DNA from: a virus
Taxonomy: Duplodnaviria > Caudoviricetes
IMG/VR virus record: IMGVR_UViG_3300021185_003947
DNA length: 64,000 nt
Strand: one strand, 5' to 3'
A program made the position numbers and the translations under genes. Shown here in pieces: positions 35,333 through 45,375 of the stretch. How positions within the stretch are numbered: position 1 is the first letter of the stretch; the number at the start of each line of letters is the position of its first letter. The notes beneath the pieces are model-generated. The model made no database searches and was not told the DNA's origin. It worked only from the letters and a program-made list of their open reading frames with translations.

Positions 35333-35736
35333 TGCTCACATACTCTCTTTCTTAGATCGCTTGTTGAAAAGCGATGATCACGTTTATTAAAATAAAGATC
35401 TATACCACGTTGTCGACATTCATCTTTACCAGTAAAATCTTTACTCCTATATTCTTCACCAAGTATCCTAACATCAATTGGATACATGTTTATTATATCA
35501 CATAAATCGCTTTCTGTACAATAAATAATCACTTCATCTACATATTTTATTGCATTGAGCTGTACCTGTCTTTCCACAATATTTTGAATTGGAGCATTCT
35601 TTTCTTTACGATCGATGGTAGGATCTACTTGCAGACCGCAGATCAAATAGTCACACTGTGACTTTGCTTCTCTGAGCATAGATACATGTCCAGCATGAAG
35701 TAAATCAAAAGTACTACAAGTAAATCCCACTTTCAT
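35329..35736 (-). CDS. Cytidylyltransferase (TagD/HIGH family)
   Basis: TFDLLHAGH, GLQVDPT and RDHRFSTS. Confidence 0.88.
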   Translation of the reverse strand: MKVGFTCSTFDLLHAGHVSMLREAKSQCDYLICGLQVDPTIDRKEKNAPIQNIVERQVQLNAIKYVDEVIIYCTESDLCDIINMYPIDVRILGEEYRSKDFTGKDECRQRGIDLYFNKRDHRFSTSDLRKRVCEQ

Positions 35737-36041
35737 TAGTCGTGTTCTCCATTATTTCTACGACCGTTATATCCATCAATTCTATCAAAAAGCTTAGGAT
35801 TGCGCTTTGCAGTATCAAATGTGCCGACTGTAATCACAATTGCTGCTAATAGCAATGTATGAACGATTGCGTTAATACCCCAAAACATAATGCTTCCTAA
35901 ATACATAGAGCATACAGATACCCACATCCAAGCAAGTATCTGCATAATCAAATGTCTAACTTGAAGATTTGGTATATTTCTTAAAGGATTAATATCTGCA
36001 TCCATGACACTATTCCAAGCATCATTAATAAATTCTCTCAT
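35736..36041 (-). CDS. Small membrane protein
   Basis: Two TM segments; NPLRNIP. Confidence 0.65.
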   Translation of the reverse strand: MREFINDAWNSVMDADINPLRNIPNLQVRHLIMQILAWMWVSVCSMYLGSIMFWGINAIVHTLLLAAIVITVGTFDTAKRNPKLFDRIDGYNGRRNNGEHD

Positions 36042-36384
36042 TGTCCGATCTCCCTACAGTTTCTCTTATGATATCGTTGTGGTTAAACTCAGCCCAGTAT
36101 AACTCAAAAGCTACACCAGGTTCAATACATTCAAATTGATGATAAACTCCTGGTTTCACTTTAGTATATTCACCAGCTTGTAAAATAGTTTCATCGATTA
36201 AATCGTAATCATTTTGCCATACGCGTACAAGCATTATTCCTGACTCGATATAGAAACCATTCCATTTGTACTCATGCAGATGTTTTGAGCATACTCCTGT
36301 AGCTTCCATTTCAATACGATGAAATTCTAAAGTGCCATTAGCTTCAATGAGTTCAGTCATTCCCCAGACTTTACCAGCTTTCAA
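36025..36384 (-). CDS. Cupin-domain protein (sugar isomerase-like)
   Basis: GKVWG, SKHLHE.K.NGF and PGVYHQF. Confidence 0.75.
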   Translation of the reverse strand: MKAGKVWGMTELIEANGTLEFHRIEMEATGVCSKHLHEYKWNGFYIESGIMLVRVWQNDYDLIDETILQAGEYTKVKPGVYHQFECIEPGVAFELYWAEFNHNDIIRETVGRSDNERIY

Positions 36385-36860
36385 TTATTTACTCCTTCAT
36401 AGTTAGCAAGAAATTCTCTATCAATTTCTAAAGACCAATCTTTAGTAACATATGTTTTACCATTCCATTTGTATGTACCAGCAAAAACATAATCACGAGT
36501 TTTTTTATCATTTAAATATATGATAACCCAATCAGGCTGATATAAGTTAGGATACTTTTTACGCTTTTCTTTCAAACGATATAATACATTAGGAATGTAA
36601 TTAAAAACTTTTGTTACTTTTACTTCAACATCAATACCTTCTGGAGATATTACATCCTGATATGGTAAAGGATTATCAGTAAAATTACATTTTTCAATAA
36701 GAAACTGTTCAGCCGCCAGACCGTACATACTAGTAACAGTAATATCATCAAGAGTTCTACCCTTTCGAGTAGACTCTTTATCAAAAATAAGTTGACTCTC
36801 AGCCTTTGCCTTGGCCAAGAGTTCTATCAAATTTATATCTTTAAGACTGAACGTTCTCAT
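36381..36860 (-). CDS. Hypothetical protein, possible PD-(D/E)xK fold
   Basis: AAE...QDVI....VEVK. Confidence 0.5.
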   Translation of the reverse strand: MRTFSLKDINLIELLAKAKAESQLIFDKESTRKGRTLDDITVTSMYGLAAEQFLIEKCNFTDNPLPYQDVISPEGIDVEVKVTKVFNYIPNVLYRLKEKRKKYPNLYQPDWVIIYLNDKKTRDYVFAGTYKWNGKTYVTKDWSLEIDREFLANYEGVNN

Positions 36861-37212
36861 TTGGTTTTCCTTTAGGCACTATAGGACGATTTAGAAAATC
36901 ACGATCATCTGTCTGGCCATCAATGGCACCATTCATATAAGCAGCAAAGAATGACGCATAATTAGTAAGATCAACACATGAGTCTTCAAGGGACTCGAAA
37001 TTTGGTTCATAGTTTGGATCTAGTTCCATAGCCTCAAGAACAGATTGTAACCGCAAAACTTTTGCAGCCATAGTATCAAGAAGACTAGCGCAGCCTCGAG
37101 GATAATAATGAGCTTGTTTTACTCGAGAATTTGGATTTTGATAATCATTACTTTTTTTGATTTGTACTTCTGCACATTTTTGCAGAAATCTAATTGAATA
37201 TTTGTCTTTCAT
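36841..37212 (-). CDS. Nucleotide-modification-associated domain 1 (DUF1599-like)
   Basis: KKSNDY...K..RL...ESLEDSCVDLTNY; start reassigned to MKDKY. Confidence 0.65.
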   Translation of the reverse strand: MKDKYSIRFLQKCAEVQIKKSNDYQNPNSRVKQAHYYPRGCASLLDTMAAKVLRLQSVLEAMELDPNYEPNFESLEDSCVDLTNYASFFAAYMNGAIDGQTDDRDFLNRPIVPKGKPNENVQS

Positions 37213-37213
37213 T

Positions 37214-37402
37214 TTATAATCCTTTTTCTGTTGAAACATAGGCATTGTTTGCCTTTGCTTTTGATAAAGATCTTCTATTAAGATAATAATTTGGTTTCTC
37301 CAAATTAGTATGTTTTTTGATCCTGGATGTTGGAATTTTTTGAATTCTACCACCATTATCAAGATAAGCTTTTACTAAATTATTAATTTCAGCTTTATGC
37401 AT
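37214..37402 (-). CDS. Hypothetical protein
   Basis: YLDNGGRIQKIP motif, 62 aa. Confidence 0.55.
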   Translation of the reverse strand: MHKAEINNLVKAYLDNGGRIQKIPTSRIKKHTNLEKPNYYLNRRSLSKAKANNAYVSTEKGL

Positions 37403-37583
37403 CTGGCAATTCCTTTCTGTCTCGTTGAAAGATGATTTCTTCGATTTCTTCTAGAGTCTCTCTGCATGTAGCTAGAAGAGGAGAGTCTGATGCAAGGATA
37501 AGTCTCTTAGCAGCGAAGATTTGATCGTAACGATCTAGACCTGTAGGGATTTGATTAGCGATTGTTTGAGTAAATAGGTTCAT
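37395..37583 (-). CDS. Hypothetical early protein
   Basis: SD AGGAG; promoter at 37607-37635. Confidence 0.6.
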   Translation of the reverse strand: MNLFTQTIANQIPTGLDRYDQIFAAKRLILASDSPLLATCRETLEEIEEIIFQRDRKELPDA

Positions 37584-37606
37584 TGGTAACTCCTTTTGTT
37601 ATATTC

Positions 37607-37635
37607 TTTATATAACACTTTTAAGCAAATGTAAA
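37607..37635 (-). promoter_or_regulatory. sigma70-type early promoter
   Basis: TTTACA-N17-TATA(A/T)A-type -10. Confidence 0.6.
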
Positions 37636-37650
37636 GGATTATTTTCAATA

Positions 37651-38586
37651 TTATGCATTTTTATATGCATATTCTATAGCTCTATCAGCTTCAATATTTA
37701 ATGGTCGTTTTTCATATCTACGGCTTGTTTCATTATCCAATTCTCTTACTAATTGTTCAATTTCATATGACGATATTGGATATTCTTTTTTAATAGCACT
37801 TATTGCTGTTGATACCATGATCTTATATATCATAGCGTATCTACCAGAATTATCAATACCAGATATAGCAAACCATTCTTTAATATGATTCTTATTAATA
37901 AATGGACAGTCTCTATATCCAGACCAATTAAAATTAGTATTTTCCATTTTATTTTTACGATGTTCTATAACCTGAGCTTGCATTTCAGGTGTAAGCCTAT
38001 CCATAAATGATGACCCTCGTTTTTCAGTATATGGATGTTTGGATATTAACTGCTCAGGATCAATATACACACCACTATTACTGAATATAAAATTGTTAGC
38101 GCCAGCATACGTTGCAGGGATGTAATACATTCGAGATAAATCTTTAGTTTGTCCATCTCCAATTTCGCCGAGTTCTTTATTGAGGGCGAACCAAAAATGT
38201 CTAATTTTATCAGATTTAATCTTTGCTTTAATTGGAAAGACAAGTCTAAACTTTGGATGATTATCGGAACTACTAGCAGTACTATAGCAAACATAATGAA
38301 AACTGCCGAAACGATTATATAATTCATCCTTTAGGTTTCCTTTAAACTCATGATCATCAACATCAACAGCAGTCCAACCTGACCAATCCAAAACATTTTT
38401 GTTTGCCCGAGTCGTATCATCAACATAACTAGCTGGTGATATAAGTTCAGCATCTTTTTTTCCTTTCCGAGGTATCTCAGACAATTTATACAACAGCTTC
38501 TCAAATTGAGAGAAGCTTTTAAATTTCATGTTACGATTAGTTTTGTTATCGTATATAGATTTAAAGAATGTCGCTGAGACTTCCAT
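37651..38586 (-). CDS. Archaeo-eukaryotic-type (AEP) primase
   Basis: AVDVDD, YSTASS, KFRLVFP and DLSRMYYIP; start reassigned to MEVSATF. Confidence 0.7.
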   Translation of the reverse strand: MEVSATFFKSIYDNKTNRNMKFKSFSQFEKLLYKLSEIPRKGKKDAELISPASYVDDTTRANKNVLDWSGWTAVDVDDHEFKGNLKDELYNRFGSFHYVCYSTASSSDNHPKFRLVFPIKAKIKSDKIRHFWFALNKELGEIGDGQTKDLSRMYYIPATYAGANNFIFSNSGVYIDPEQLISKHPYTEKRGSSFMDRLTPEMQAQVIEHRKNKMENTNFNWSGYRDCPFINKNHIKEWFAISGIDNSGRYAMIYKIMVSTAISAIKKEYPISSYEIEQLVRELDNETSRRYEKRPLNIEADRAIEYAYKNA

Positions 38587-38974
38587 GATTACCTCTATGA
38601 GTTGGTGCAGTCCATCCTTCAGGCTTAAGCAAATCAGGCAATCCAAATGGATTAGGACGACCAGGCTTTACGCCAGGAGATTTAGTCATATTAGCATCAA
38701 ATACTTTTGTCCAAGCCTCATTACCATTTACACCTAAAACTTCAAGTGTACCAATAGCAAATACACACATATCAATTAAACCATCAACTACTTCTTCAGC
38801 ATCTTTTGCTTCAATAGCATCCATAGTCTCGTCATATTCTTCTTTAATCATTGACATACGAAATGCAAGATATTTTGCCATCAATTCCTTATTATCTTTA
38901 TTAGCTTCAAACCAATCATTTACTCCGAATTTTTTATGCATTTGCTCGATGTCATTAAACCATACTTTAGTCAT
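38561..38974 (-). CDS. All-alpha NTP pyrophosphohydrolase (MazG/PRA-PH-like; possible dCTPase/dUTPase)
   Basis: EEYDE...EEVVDGLID...ANMTK...KPEGW. Confidence 0.75.
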   Translation of the reverse strand: MTKVWFNDIEQMHKKFGVNDWFEANKDNKELMAKYLAFRMSMIKEEYDETMDAIEAKDAEEVVDGLIDMCVFAIGTLEVLGVNGNEAWTKVFDANMTKSPGVKPGRPNPFGLPDLLKPEGWTAPTHRGNHGSLSDIL

Positions 38975-39000
38975 TTAGTTCTCCATTATTATATAAAGTA

Positions 39001-39717
39001 TTATAACATATTTTTAACAGCTTGTAAATAAGAAAATGTATCTTCCCAACTATTCACTTGATATGTACTATTTTCTCCTCCACGATCATGTACAGCTAAT
39101 GCGATTTCATGATCATTTCCACCTTTATCACATTTGTCTCCAAAGAAATAGATAACATCTGAAGAATCAAAATCATCAAGAATTTGTGATTTATTATTTC
39201 CTTTAGCAGTAATATCTATACCGGTTTCGCCAGCGACTTGAAATTCAAACAATGGAAATCGCTCTCGTAGCTTAGCAGCAATATTATTTCTTTCATTAGT
39301 ATAATTGTCATATGCTACGTATTGAATTCGAGTACGATTACCTATATTTCTTCCTGGAATAGACAAGTTATATAGACCCGGACGTTCCTCAATATGCTGT
39401 CCGTTTTTAACTGGAAATGAACTGTCAGTAATTGCTTTGTTTAAATAGCCCCACATTTCATCTGGTAACTTTAAAGTAGAAGTACGAACATTCTTACCGC
39501 GTTCCCACACGTCATTTCCACAACATTGATAATTGCGCTTAGTCATTCCCCAAATAACTTCTCCAACTTGCTCTCGTGTTTTTTGAATATCGCTACCTGT
39601 TACTAAATACACTTTATTTAAAGTACAAAAATCAAAGAAAAACTTTGAAAACTCTTCATCCATTTTACCTCTGCTTGGAGTAAGAGTTCCATCAACATCA
39701 AAAATAAAATTAATCAT
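39001..39717 (-). CDS. HAD IIB phosphomannomutase (eukaryotic PMM type)
   Basis: FDVDGTLTPSR, VTGSD, IEER and FFGDK...GGNDHEI. Confidence 0.85.
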   Translation of the reverse strand: MINFIFDVDGTLTPSRGKMDEEFSKFFFDFCTLNKVYLVTGSDIQKTREQVGEVIWGMTKRNYQCCGNDVWERGKNVRTSTLKLPDEMWGYLNKAITDSSFPVKNGQHIEERPGLYNLSIPGRNIGNRTRIQYVAYDNYTNERNNIAAKLRERFPLFEFQVAGETGIDITAKGNNKSQILDDFDSSDVIYFFGDKCDKGGNDHEIALAVHDRGGENSTYQVNSWEDTFSYLQAVKNML

Positions 39718-40942
39718 TTATTAAGCTTTCTAGAATGTTTAACACACTTTCACTATCGTCATGAGTACCACGTCTAATAGCTCCCTTGACACAATTTCTA
39801 GTAAAGTCCAATGGATATCGCTTGCCTTCTTTATCCATTCCCGTATTGATTAAATATACATTGCATTTATTATCATTAATTTTACTCATTAGTAAATCAC
39901 TATAAACATGTATCGGTCTTGGCATAAAAGGTGAGCCATAGCATGGACTAAAGAGTGGCTTGATTTCTGTTGCTCCCTGCTCAGTTCCGGGCATTTGGCT
40001 TGTGTATCCAGTTTCAAAGAAACGTCGTACAGTCTCATCAGAAATTTTAGATACCGGAGGAAACACGCCTTTCGCATCCATAGTAAGAAAAAAGATATTA
40101 GTTGGATGATTAAATTGTTGAGGTTTATGATATGCGTTTTCAACACAAGTAATTGGATAACTTAATCTTGCATTTGGTACACCTGGATTTTCTACAACTA
40201 AGCAATCTTCTGATCTTGCTTTTTCTACTGCATCAAATATAGTCTTATGTGTCTCTGGTGTTAATCCTTCACTTTTTGCGTAACAACCAGTTTCTATCAT
40301 TTCAATTCCATCGTGATTCCAAGATACTTCGTCATCACTAATTAATCTATAATCCGGATCGCTACTAAGAGTAGTTTTACCAGTACCACTTAATCCAAAC
40401 ATTAAATTAGTTGTATCATTATATGTAAAGGCACTACAATGCATTGGTAAAATATCATATCTTGGTAGTTCAAAACTAACTATACCAAATATACCTTTTT
40501 TGATTTCACCTAAAAATGTTGTTCCAGCAATTAACATAGTTTTAGTATCAAGATTTACATAGATTTTTGGTTCATCGACCTTTAATTCTGTGTTATGCCA
40601 AATCGTCCAATCAGAATCATGTGCGCTATGTGGATAAACTTGAGGATCAAACCCATCAGGCAATACATCAAACATATTCTTAACAAATTGCTCATGTCTC
40701 GCATCATTAGTAATTATTTTAAATCTGATATTACATGTCTCAAGGCATAAAGGTTCTTTATAAATCAATTGAGATATTAACCTAGGCATCATCAAATCTG
40801 CAAGTTGAAGAAAGTCTTCCATCTCTCCAACTTTATAATACTTTGGTCGAGTCTTATCTAAACACTTTGTTTTTTCTCCAAAAAAGTATTTATTTTCTGG
40901 GCTTCGGCCAGTTGGATTTGTTGTAATATTAATATTTGTCAT
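39710..40942 (-). CDS. pckA: Phosphoenolpyruvate carboxykinase (ATP), compact form
   Basis: [42 protein letters not shown] and NTG. Confidence 0.9.
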   Translation of the reverse strand: MTNINITTNPTGRSPENKYFFGEKTKCLDKTRPKYYKVGEMEDFLQLADLMMPRLISQLIYKEPLCLETCNIRFKIITNDARHEQFVKNMFDVLPDGFDPQVYPHSAHDSDWTIWHNTELKVDEPKIYVNLDTKTMLIAGTTFLGEIKKGIFGIVSFELPRYDILPMHCSAFTYNDTTNLMFGLSGTGKTTLSSDPDYRLISDDEVSWNHDGIEMIETGCYAKSEGLTPETHKTIFDAVEKARSEDCLVVENPGVPNARLSYPITCVENAYHKPQQFNHPTNIFFLTMDAKGVFPPVSKISDETVRRFFETGYTSQMPGTEQGATEIKPLFSPCYGSPFMPRPIHVYSDLLMSKINDNKCNVYLINTGMDKEGKRYPLDFTRNCVKGAIRRGTHDDSESVLNILESLIND

Positions 40943-43530
40943 CCAAAGAAATCCTCTAATGTTGCTCTATCTTCAACTGACCAGCCAACAGCATCAAGAA
41001 TTGGCGTGAGCGGTTCAATAAAAGTTTTATTAAATTGTATATCATAGTTTATATATTTATGAAGATTAAGCTCAGGTGGTAAGTATTCAGGAAAGGATAT
41101 GACATTTTCTTTAATAGGATTAGGCATCTTAAGATAAGTAAATTTAATCTTTTCACCATTTTGTATCATATCATATTTCTTATTAAGAGCTTTGTCTTTA
41201 ATTTCATGATTATATAAAAGAGAACCACGAACATGAATTGGTGTACCCTTTTTATAAATTAAATTTCTATCTTGCCATTTGGATACTTCTGAAACGCCAC
41301 GAGGAAATGATACTTTTTCAGGAGGTAATGATTTAAATTCTTGTCTAAAGTTATCTATAAACTTACGAGTTGCAAGTTCAGATCCAGTAACGATTATTTT
41401 AAAAGCTTCTTTAAATTTATCACGAACTACTTCGGGAGTACTTGATTTAATAGCTTCAATCCCCATGATTTTAAGTTTTGGTTCAGCGTATTGTACACCT
41501 TCATTATTATGTACATTGAGAATATATCTTTTCTTTGCTGTCCATATGCCACGATCAGCTATAACTTCTCTACCCATTTCCATACGAGGAGTATAAGCAT
41601 TTAATCTATGAAATAATTTATCATATGACTTAGCAATTATGGGTTCGAAGTGTGTCTTACAAATTTTGTCCAATGCTTTAACAGAGTCCTTTGGCGCCAG
41701 TTGAGCAATAAGAGGACCAAAATTAATGTAGACTGAGTCAGTGTCAATAGCAATAACATAATCTTTTCCTTTAGTTTTAAGTATTTTATTCATTTCAACA
41801 TTGATAGCTCTTTCAGCCCACTTTATTGAAAGTTGACCAGTAAGAGTTACACTTTCGGCAAGAGCATTATCAAAATATTTAAAATACTTATTTGCCATTG
41901 CGCCATACAAAGAATTAAGTAGAATCTTAATAGCCATTTGATTATTTTCTAGCTGATTAATTTCTGACTCAAGAGCTGTATTTTTTGTTTGCTCATACTC
42001 TTGTTTTACTTTAAGCATTTTTTGTTTAATTACACTACGTTCAGCATAGTATTCAACAATTAATTCAGGAATAATACCTTGCTTATTTTTACTAAATGGA
42101 ACACCACTTGCACATATAGAATACTCATCAGAAGCAGCCTGACCATCAATAAAATAGTGATCAACACCTTGGGTATATTCACCAAATGATTTATCTTTTA
42201 CAAGAGTTTCAGGAGATATATTAGATTGAACAATTATGTTTGGATATAGAGAATTTAAATCAAATGATACGACCCAATCATGTGAACCAACATGTGGATC
42301 TTTAACATAACCTCCAGCAATTGCGTGAGATTTTTGTGGTTCACGGGTACGATCTAAATTACCAGCTGGGTTTTTCTTTGAAGTTTCAGTAGCTCCATGA
42401 ACAGCATACATACATGGTTTAATCTGTTCAATTGGTGATATTACATTATTTTTAAGAAGTCTTCGATAAATGATTGATTCCCATATTGAAGTTGTACCCA
42501 TTGTATCACCAAGATTAACACCACCTTTATATGCCATAGTCAATCCAAGATTAATAAGACCCATCTTTTGATCAATACGGTCTACAAGTTGAACATCTTT
42601 AATATTATAGTCAATAAACTTTTGATGGTCAGCTTTATATAAACTGTGAAGATTACCATGTTCTTCATAAGATAATTTTTTTTCATTGAGGACTGTATAA
42701 GCAATATGGTCAAGCTTATAAGATTCTTGAGCGCCATATGAATAACCAAACTTTTTGAATAATTCAATATAGTCTGCGGTTTGAATACCAACTAATTCAT
42801 AACTATACTGAGTACGACCCATCTTAGTTATTTGTCTATCATTAACTAGCTTCCATGGAGAAAGTTTATTGGCTGCTTCTTCAGTACCAATATTTTTGAT
42901 ACGATTTACAAGATAAGGAATATCAAAGAAACGAATATGCCAACCTGTAATAACATCTGGATAATTGTTTACCCAATAGTGTAAAAAGGAAGCTAACATA
43001 GCTTTTTCAGTATCAAATTTATGATACTTGATTAGATCACCATTCATTTCTAATTCTGTTTTATTTGTATCGTATTCACCTAAACCCCACACTTCGTAAA
43101 TAGAAGATTTACTAGATTTAAGAGCAATTGATATAATAGGATATGCTGCTTCTTCTGGAATAGGAAAACCATCATCAGATGCTACTTCAATATCAAAATT
43201 AACAACGTTAATGTGATTTTGATTAAAATTTATATTATCTGGAAATTTATCTGTAATAAATTGTTGGATATAGTTTCGAGTGCCATAGACTTTAACGCCT
43301 TCCATTTCTTTATAAGTTTCAAGAAAATCTTTTGACTCACTCATTTTTTGAAATTTAATAGCATTTAGATATCCACCATCGAAAGAACGAAATTTTGTGG
43401 GTTCTTTCGATGGCAAATATTGTGTTGGACCGAATTTAATACGATCTTCTATTCGAGTACCATTTTCAGTATAGCCTCTATATAAAATAGTATTACCATA
43501 CCGATTAACTGATGTGTAAAAATTATTCAA
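40939..43530 (-). CDS. 43: Family B DNA polymerase (T4 gp43)
   Basis: [23 protein letters not shown] and DTDS; single uninterrupted ORF. Confidence 0.97.
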   Translation of the reverse strand: MNNFYTSVNRYGNTILYRGYTENGTRIEDRIKFGPTQYLPSKEPTKFRSFDGGYLNAIKFQKMSESKDFLETYKEMEGVKVYGTRNYIQQFITDKFPDNINFNQNHINVVNFDIEVASDDGFPIPEEAAYPIISIALKSSKSSIYEVWGLGEYDTNKTELEMNGDLIKYHKFDTEKAMLASFLHYWVNNYPDVITGWHIRFFDIPYLVNRIKNIGTEEAANKLSPWKLVNDRQITKMGRTQYSYELVGIQTADYIELFKKFGYSYGAQESYKLDHIAYTVLNEKKLSYEEHGNLHSLYKADHQKFIDYNIKDVQLVDRIDQKMGLINLGLTMAYKGGVNLGDTMGTTSIWESIIYRRLLKNNVISPIEQIKPCMYAVHGATETSKKNPAGNLDRTREPQKSHAIAGGYVKDPHVGSHDWVVSFDLNSLYPNIIVQSNISPETLVKDKSFGEYTQGVDHYFIDGQAASDEYSICASGVPFSKNKQGIIPELIVEYYAERSVIKQKMLKVKQEYEQTKNTALESEINQLENNQMAIKILLNSLYGAMANKYFKYFDNALAESVTLTGQLSIKWAERAINVEMNKILKTKGKDYVIAIDTDSVYINFGPLIAQLAPKDSVKALDKICKTHFEPIIAKSYDKLFHRLNAYTPRMEMGREVIADRGIWTAKKRYILNVHNNEGVQYAEPKLKIMGIEAIKSSTPEVVRDKFKEAFKIIVTGSELATRKFIDNFRQEFKSLPPEKVSFPRGVSEVSKWQDRNLIYKKGTPIHVRGSLLYNHEIKDKALNKKYDMIQNGEKIKFTYLKMPNPIKENVISFPEYLPPELNLHKYINYDIQFNKTFIEPLTPILDAVGWSVEDRATLEDFFG

Positions 43531-43553
43531 AACATTCCTCCGTCATTGGAGTA

Positions 43554-43582
43554 ATTATAACATAATATAGAAGTAATGTAAA
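43554..43582 (-). promoter_or_regulatory. sigma70-type early promoter for gene 43
   Basis: GTTTACA-N17-TATAAT. Confidence 0.8.
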
Positions 43583-43585
43583 CCT

Positions 43586-43807
43586 TTAATCTTTCTTCGA
43601 GACAAAAGAATACATTTCTTTGGCCTTTGCCATCATGTCTTCAACTGAATACATTTTGTAAGCATCCTGCAATTCTACCATATTTTTTTGACCTTGATCA
43701 TACATATCAGTTGCAAGTTGAATATTCATTTTATATTGCTGATCCATATAGTCTTTAGCCATTTGAAGCATTTCAGCTCTAATTTCAAAGGGGTTTTTCT
43801 GTGTCAT
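43586..43807 (-). CDS. Conserved hypothetical protein
   Basis: NPFEIRAEMLQMAKDY motif. Confidence 0.65.
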   Translation of the reverse strand: MTQKNPFEIRAEMLQMAKDYMDQQYKMNIQLATDMYDQGQKNMVELQDAYKMYSVEDMMAKAKEMYSFVSKKD

Positions 43808-43841
43808 GTGTGTGTTCCTTTTATATTTGTGTTAAAAAGTT

Positions 43842-43866
43842 AAAAAGGGCATTTCTGCCCTTTTTT
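43842..43866. terminator. Intrinsic terminator
   Basis: AAAAAGGGC-ATTTCT-GCCCTTTTTT. Confidence 0.7.
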
Positions 43867-43867
43867 G

Positions 43868-44050
43868 TTAGCTACGCAATTTTTGTATTTCCATCATACA
43901 TTTTCTCGATTCCTCGTAATATCCCATTCGTGCGAGTTCCGCCGCTGCCTTGGAATATCCCATTGTCAAGTTGAAGCGTTCTAATGCAGACCAAAATCCC
44001 GACAATGGCGAAAATATAGTAGATGCTATACTTGTTGCCATTAGCTCCAT
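43868..44050 (-). CDS. Hypothetical protein
   Basis: 60 aa overlapping the DUF1127 gene. Confidence 0.55.
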   Translation of the reverse strand: MELMATSIASTIFSPLSGFWSALERFNLTMGYSKAAAELARMGYYEESRKCMMEIQKLRS

Positions 44051-44319
44051 CCTTTTAAATTAGGATTGGATGATGGTTCGGAATAACGATGGTTTGCTCT
44101 TCGAACAAATTCCCAGTCACCTCGTGCAATTGCTTCAATATCACCTCTTGTGATACCAATATCACGCAATTCTTTATCATTTAATGATTTAAGTTCATTA
44201 CGTGTTTCTCTAACACCGTTTCTAAATTTTAGATGCTTCCAAAATGAAGATAGTGATTCAATAATTAGTTCAATTGCTTTCGTTGAGTAGTTGTGTGCTA
44301 TTAATATTACTTGTGTCAT
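44041..44319 (-). CDS. DUF1127 (YjiS-like) small protein
   Basis: ELKSLNDKELRDIGITRGDI; start reassigned to MTQVIL. Confidence 0.85.
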   Translation of the reverse strand: MTQVILIAHNYSTKAIELIIESLSSFWKHLKFRNGVRETRNELKSLNDKELRDIGITRGDIEAIARGDWEFVRRANHRYSEPSSNPNLKGWS

Positions 44320-44740
44320 TTGTTTTCCTCGTTTGACCAATATTGATTTTACGAGGACGCATTTCTTCTGGTATTTCATACTTCAATTCTACTGCAAGTA
44401 TGCCATCCTGAATATCTGCTCCGTTTACTTGAACGTGTTCAGACAATCGAAAAGTACGTTTAAACTTCTTGGTACTAATACCACGATGAATAAAGTCTCT
44501 TCCTTTGCTTACGTGTTCTCCTGTTATCATTAAAGTTCTATCTTTAACTTCAATTGATAATTCATCTTTTGAAAAACCAGCAACTGCAAGTTCAATAAGA
44601 TACTCGTGTTCAGATGCTCTAATAATATTATGGGGTGGATAATGATCAGCTGCGTGACGAACGGTATGTTCCATTTCATTAAACAGATGATCGAATCCTA
44701 CAAAAGATGATCGCGGAAATAGTGTTTGTATGCCTGTCAT
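44270..44740 (-). CDS. hsp20: Small heat-shock protein Hsp20 (IbpA-like)
   Basis: VGFDHLF, YPPHNI, LAVAGF, HRGISTKKFKRTF and DGIL; start reassigned to MTGIQ. Confidence 0.93.
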   Translation of the reverse strand: MTGIQTLFPRSSFVGFDHLFNEMEHTVRHAADHYPPHNIIRASEHEYLIELAVAGFSKDELSIEVKDRTLMITGEHVSKGRDFIHRGISTKKFKRTFRLSEHVQVNGADIQDGILAVELKYEIPEEMRPRKINIGQTRKTNDTSNINSTQLLNESN

Positions 44741-44805
44741 TTTGGTGTTCTCCTCTTCCAAGCAAGAATGTTCTGGGACCAGATTATTCTGCATCCCTCC
44801 GTCTT
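44741..44805 (-). promoter_or_regulatory. ROSE-like RNA thermometer in the hsp20 5' UTR
   Basis: UCUUGCUU-GG-AAGAGGAG pairs the SD with a bulged G; upstream hairpin GGGA..CAGA-AUAA-UCUG..UCCC. Confidence 0.65.
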
Positions 44806-44886
44806 TGGACAATTCCTACGAATTGCCTCTATAGTATATATAGTACTTTATTTAAAAAAGTAAATAGGTTATATCAAAAAAAAATA

Positions 44887-45300
44887 TTATTTTCGACCAA
44901 TATTATACTTTGGACATAATTCCCATTGGCCTTTATCTTTAAAAGAAATTATTTTAATTTGTCTTAAAGGTGCAACTGGTAAAGCTTTTTGAGGATTATC
45001 TATCGTAATCAACCCCCAGTCGGAAATTAATGTAGCAATTGTATTTCTTCTAGATATATCACTTTCTTCAAGAGTCGATTTTTTACCATCAAGTAAAAAC
45101 AATTCTTTAAAATGGACAACAAAATATCTACCTTGTTTATGTAATATATGACAAGATTGAAATAATTTTTTTTCTTTTCGAGATGCAACGCCAATGCGTG
45201 TAAGAGTTTCTCTAACTTTTAGAAAATCATCTGGATCGTTAAGAGTAATCTCCAACATAGATTCAGGAGACCAGTCTACTAAAGTAGCTTCTTCATTCAT
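44887..45300 (-). CDS. regA: Translational repressor RegA
   Basis: DDFLKVRETLTRIGVAS and CHILHKQGRYFVVHFKELF. Confidence 0.96.
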   Translation of the reverse strand: MNEEATLVDWSPESMLEITLNDPDDFLKVRETLTRIGVASRKEKKLFQSCHILHKQGRYFVVHFKELFLLDGKKSTLEESDISRRNTIATLISDWGLITIDNPQKALPVAPLRQIKIISFKDKGQWELCPKYNIGRK

Positions 45301-45355
45301 TTTTTCAACTCACTTTTAATATATTCTATTCACGATAATGTACTCATGATAGATA

Positions 45356-45363
45356 TATTTATA
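45356..45363 (-). promoter_or_regulatory. Late promoter TATAAATA upstream of regA
   Basis: Exact motif. Confidence 0.6.
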
Positions 45364-45375
45364 CTAATTAAATTT

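Noticed and set aside
28159-39717. Reading ugd, PMM, cytidylyltransferase and cupin as a host-like LPS/capsule island
   Set aside because: They are interleaved with gp42, dCMP deaminase, Nmad1 and an aGPT-Pplase, with no flippase, polymerase or typical LPS glycosyltransferases. DNA modification fits better, though a surface-glycan role is not excluded.
40939-43530. Intron, intein or split in gp43 (and in other core genes)
   Set aside because: Normal length with continuous motifs; no homing endonuclease seen.
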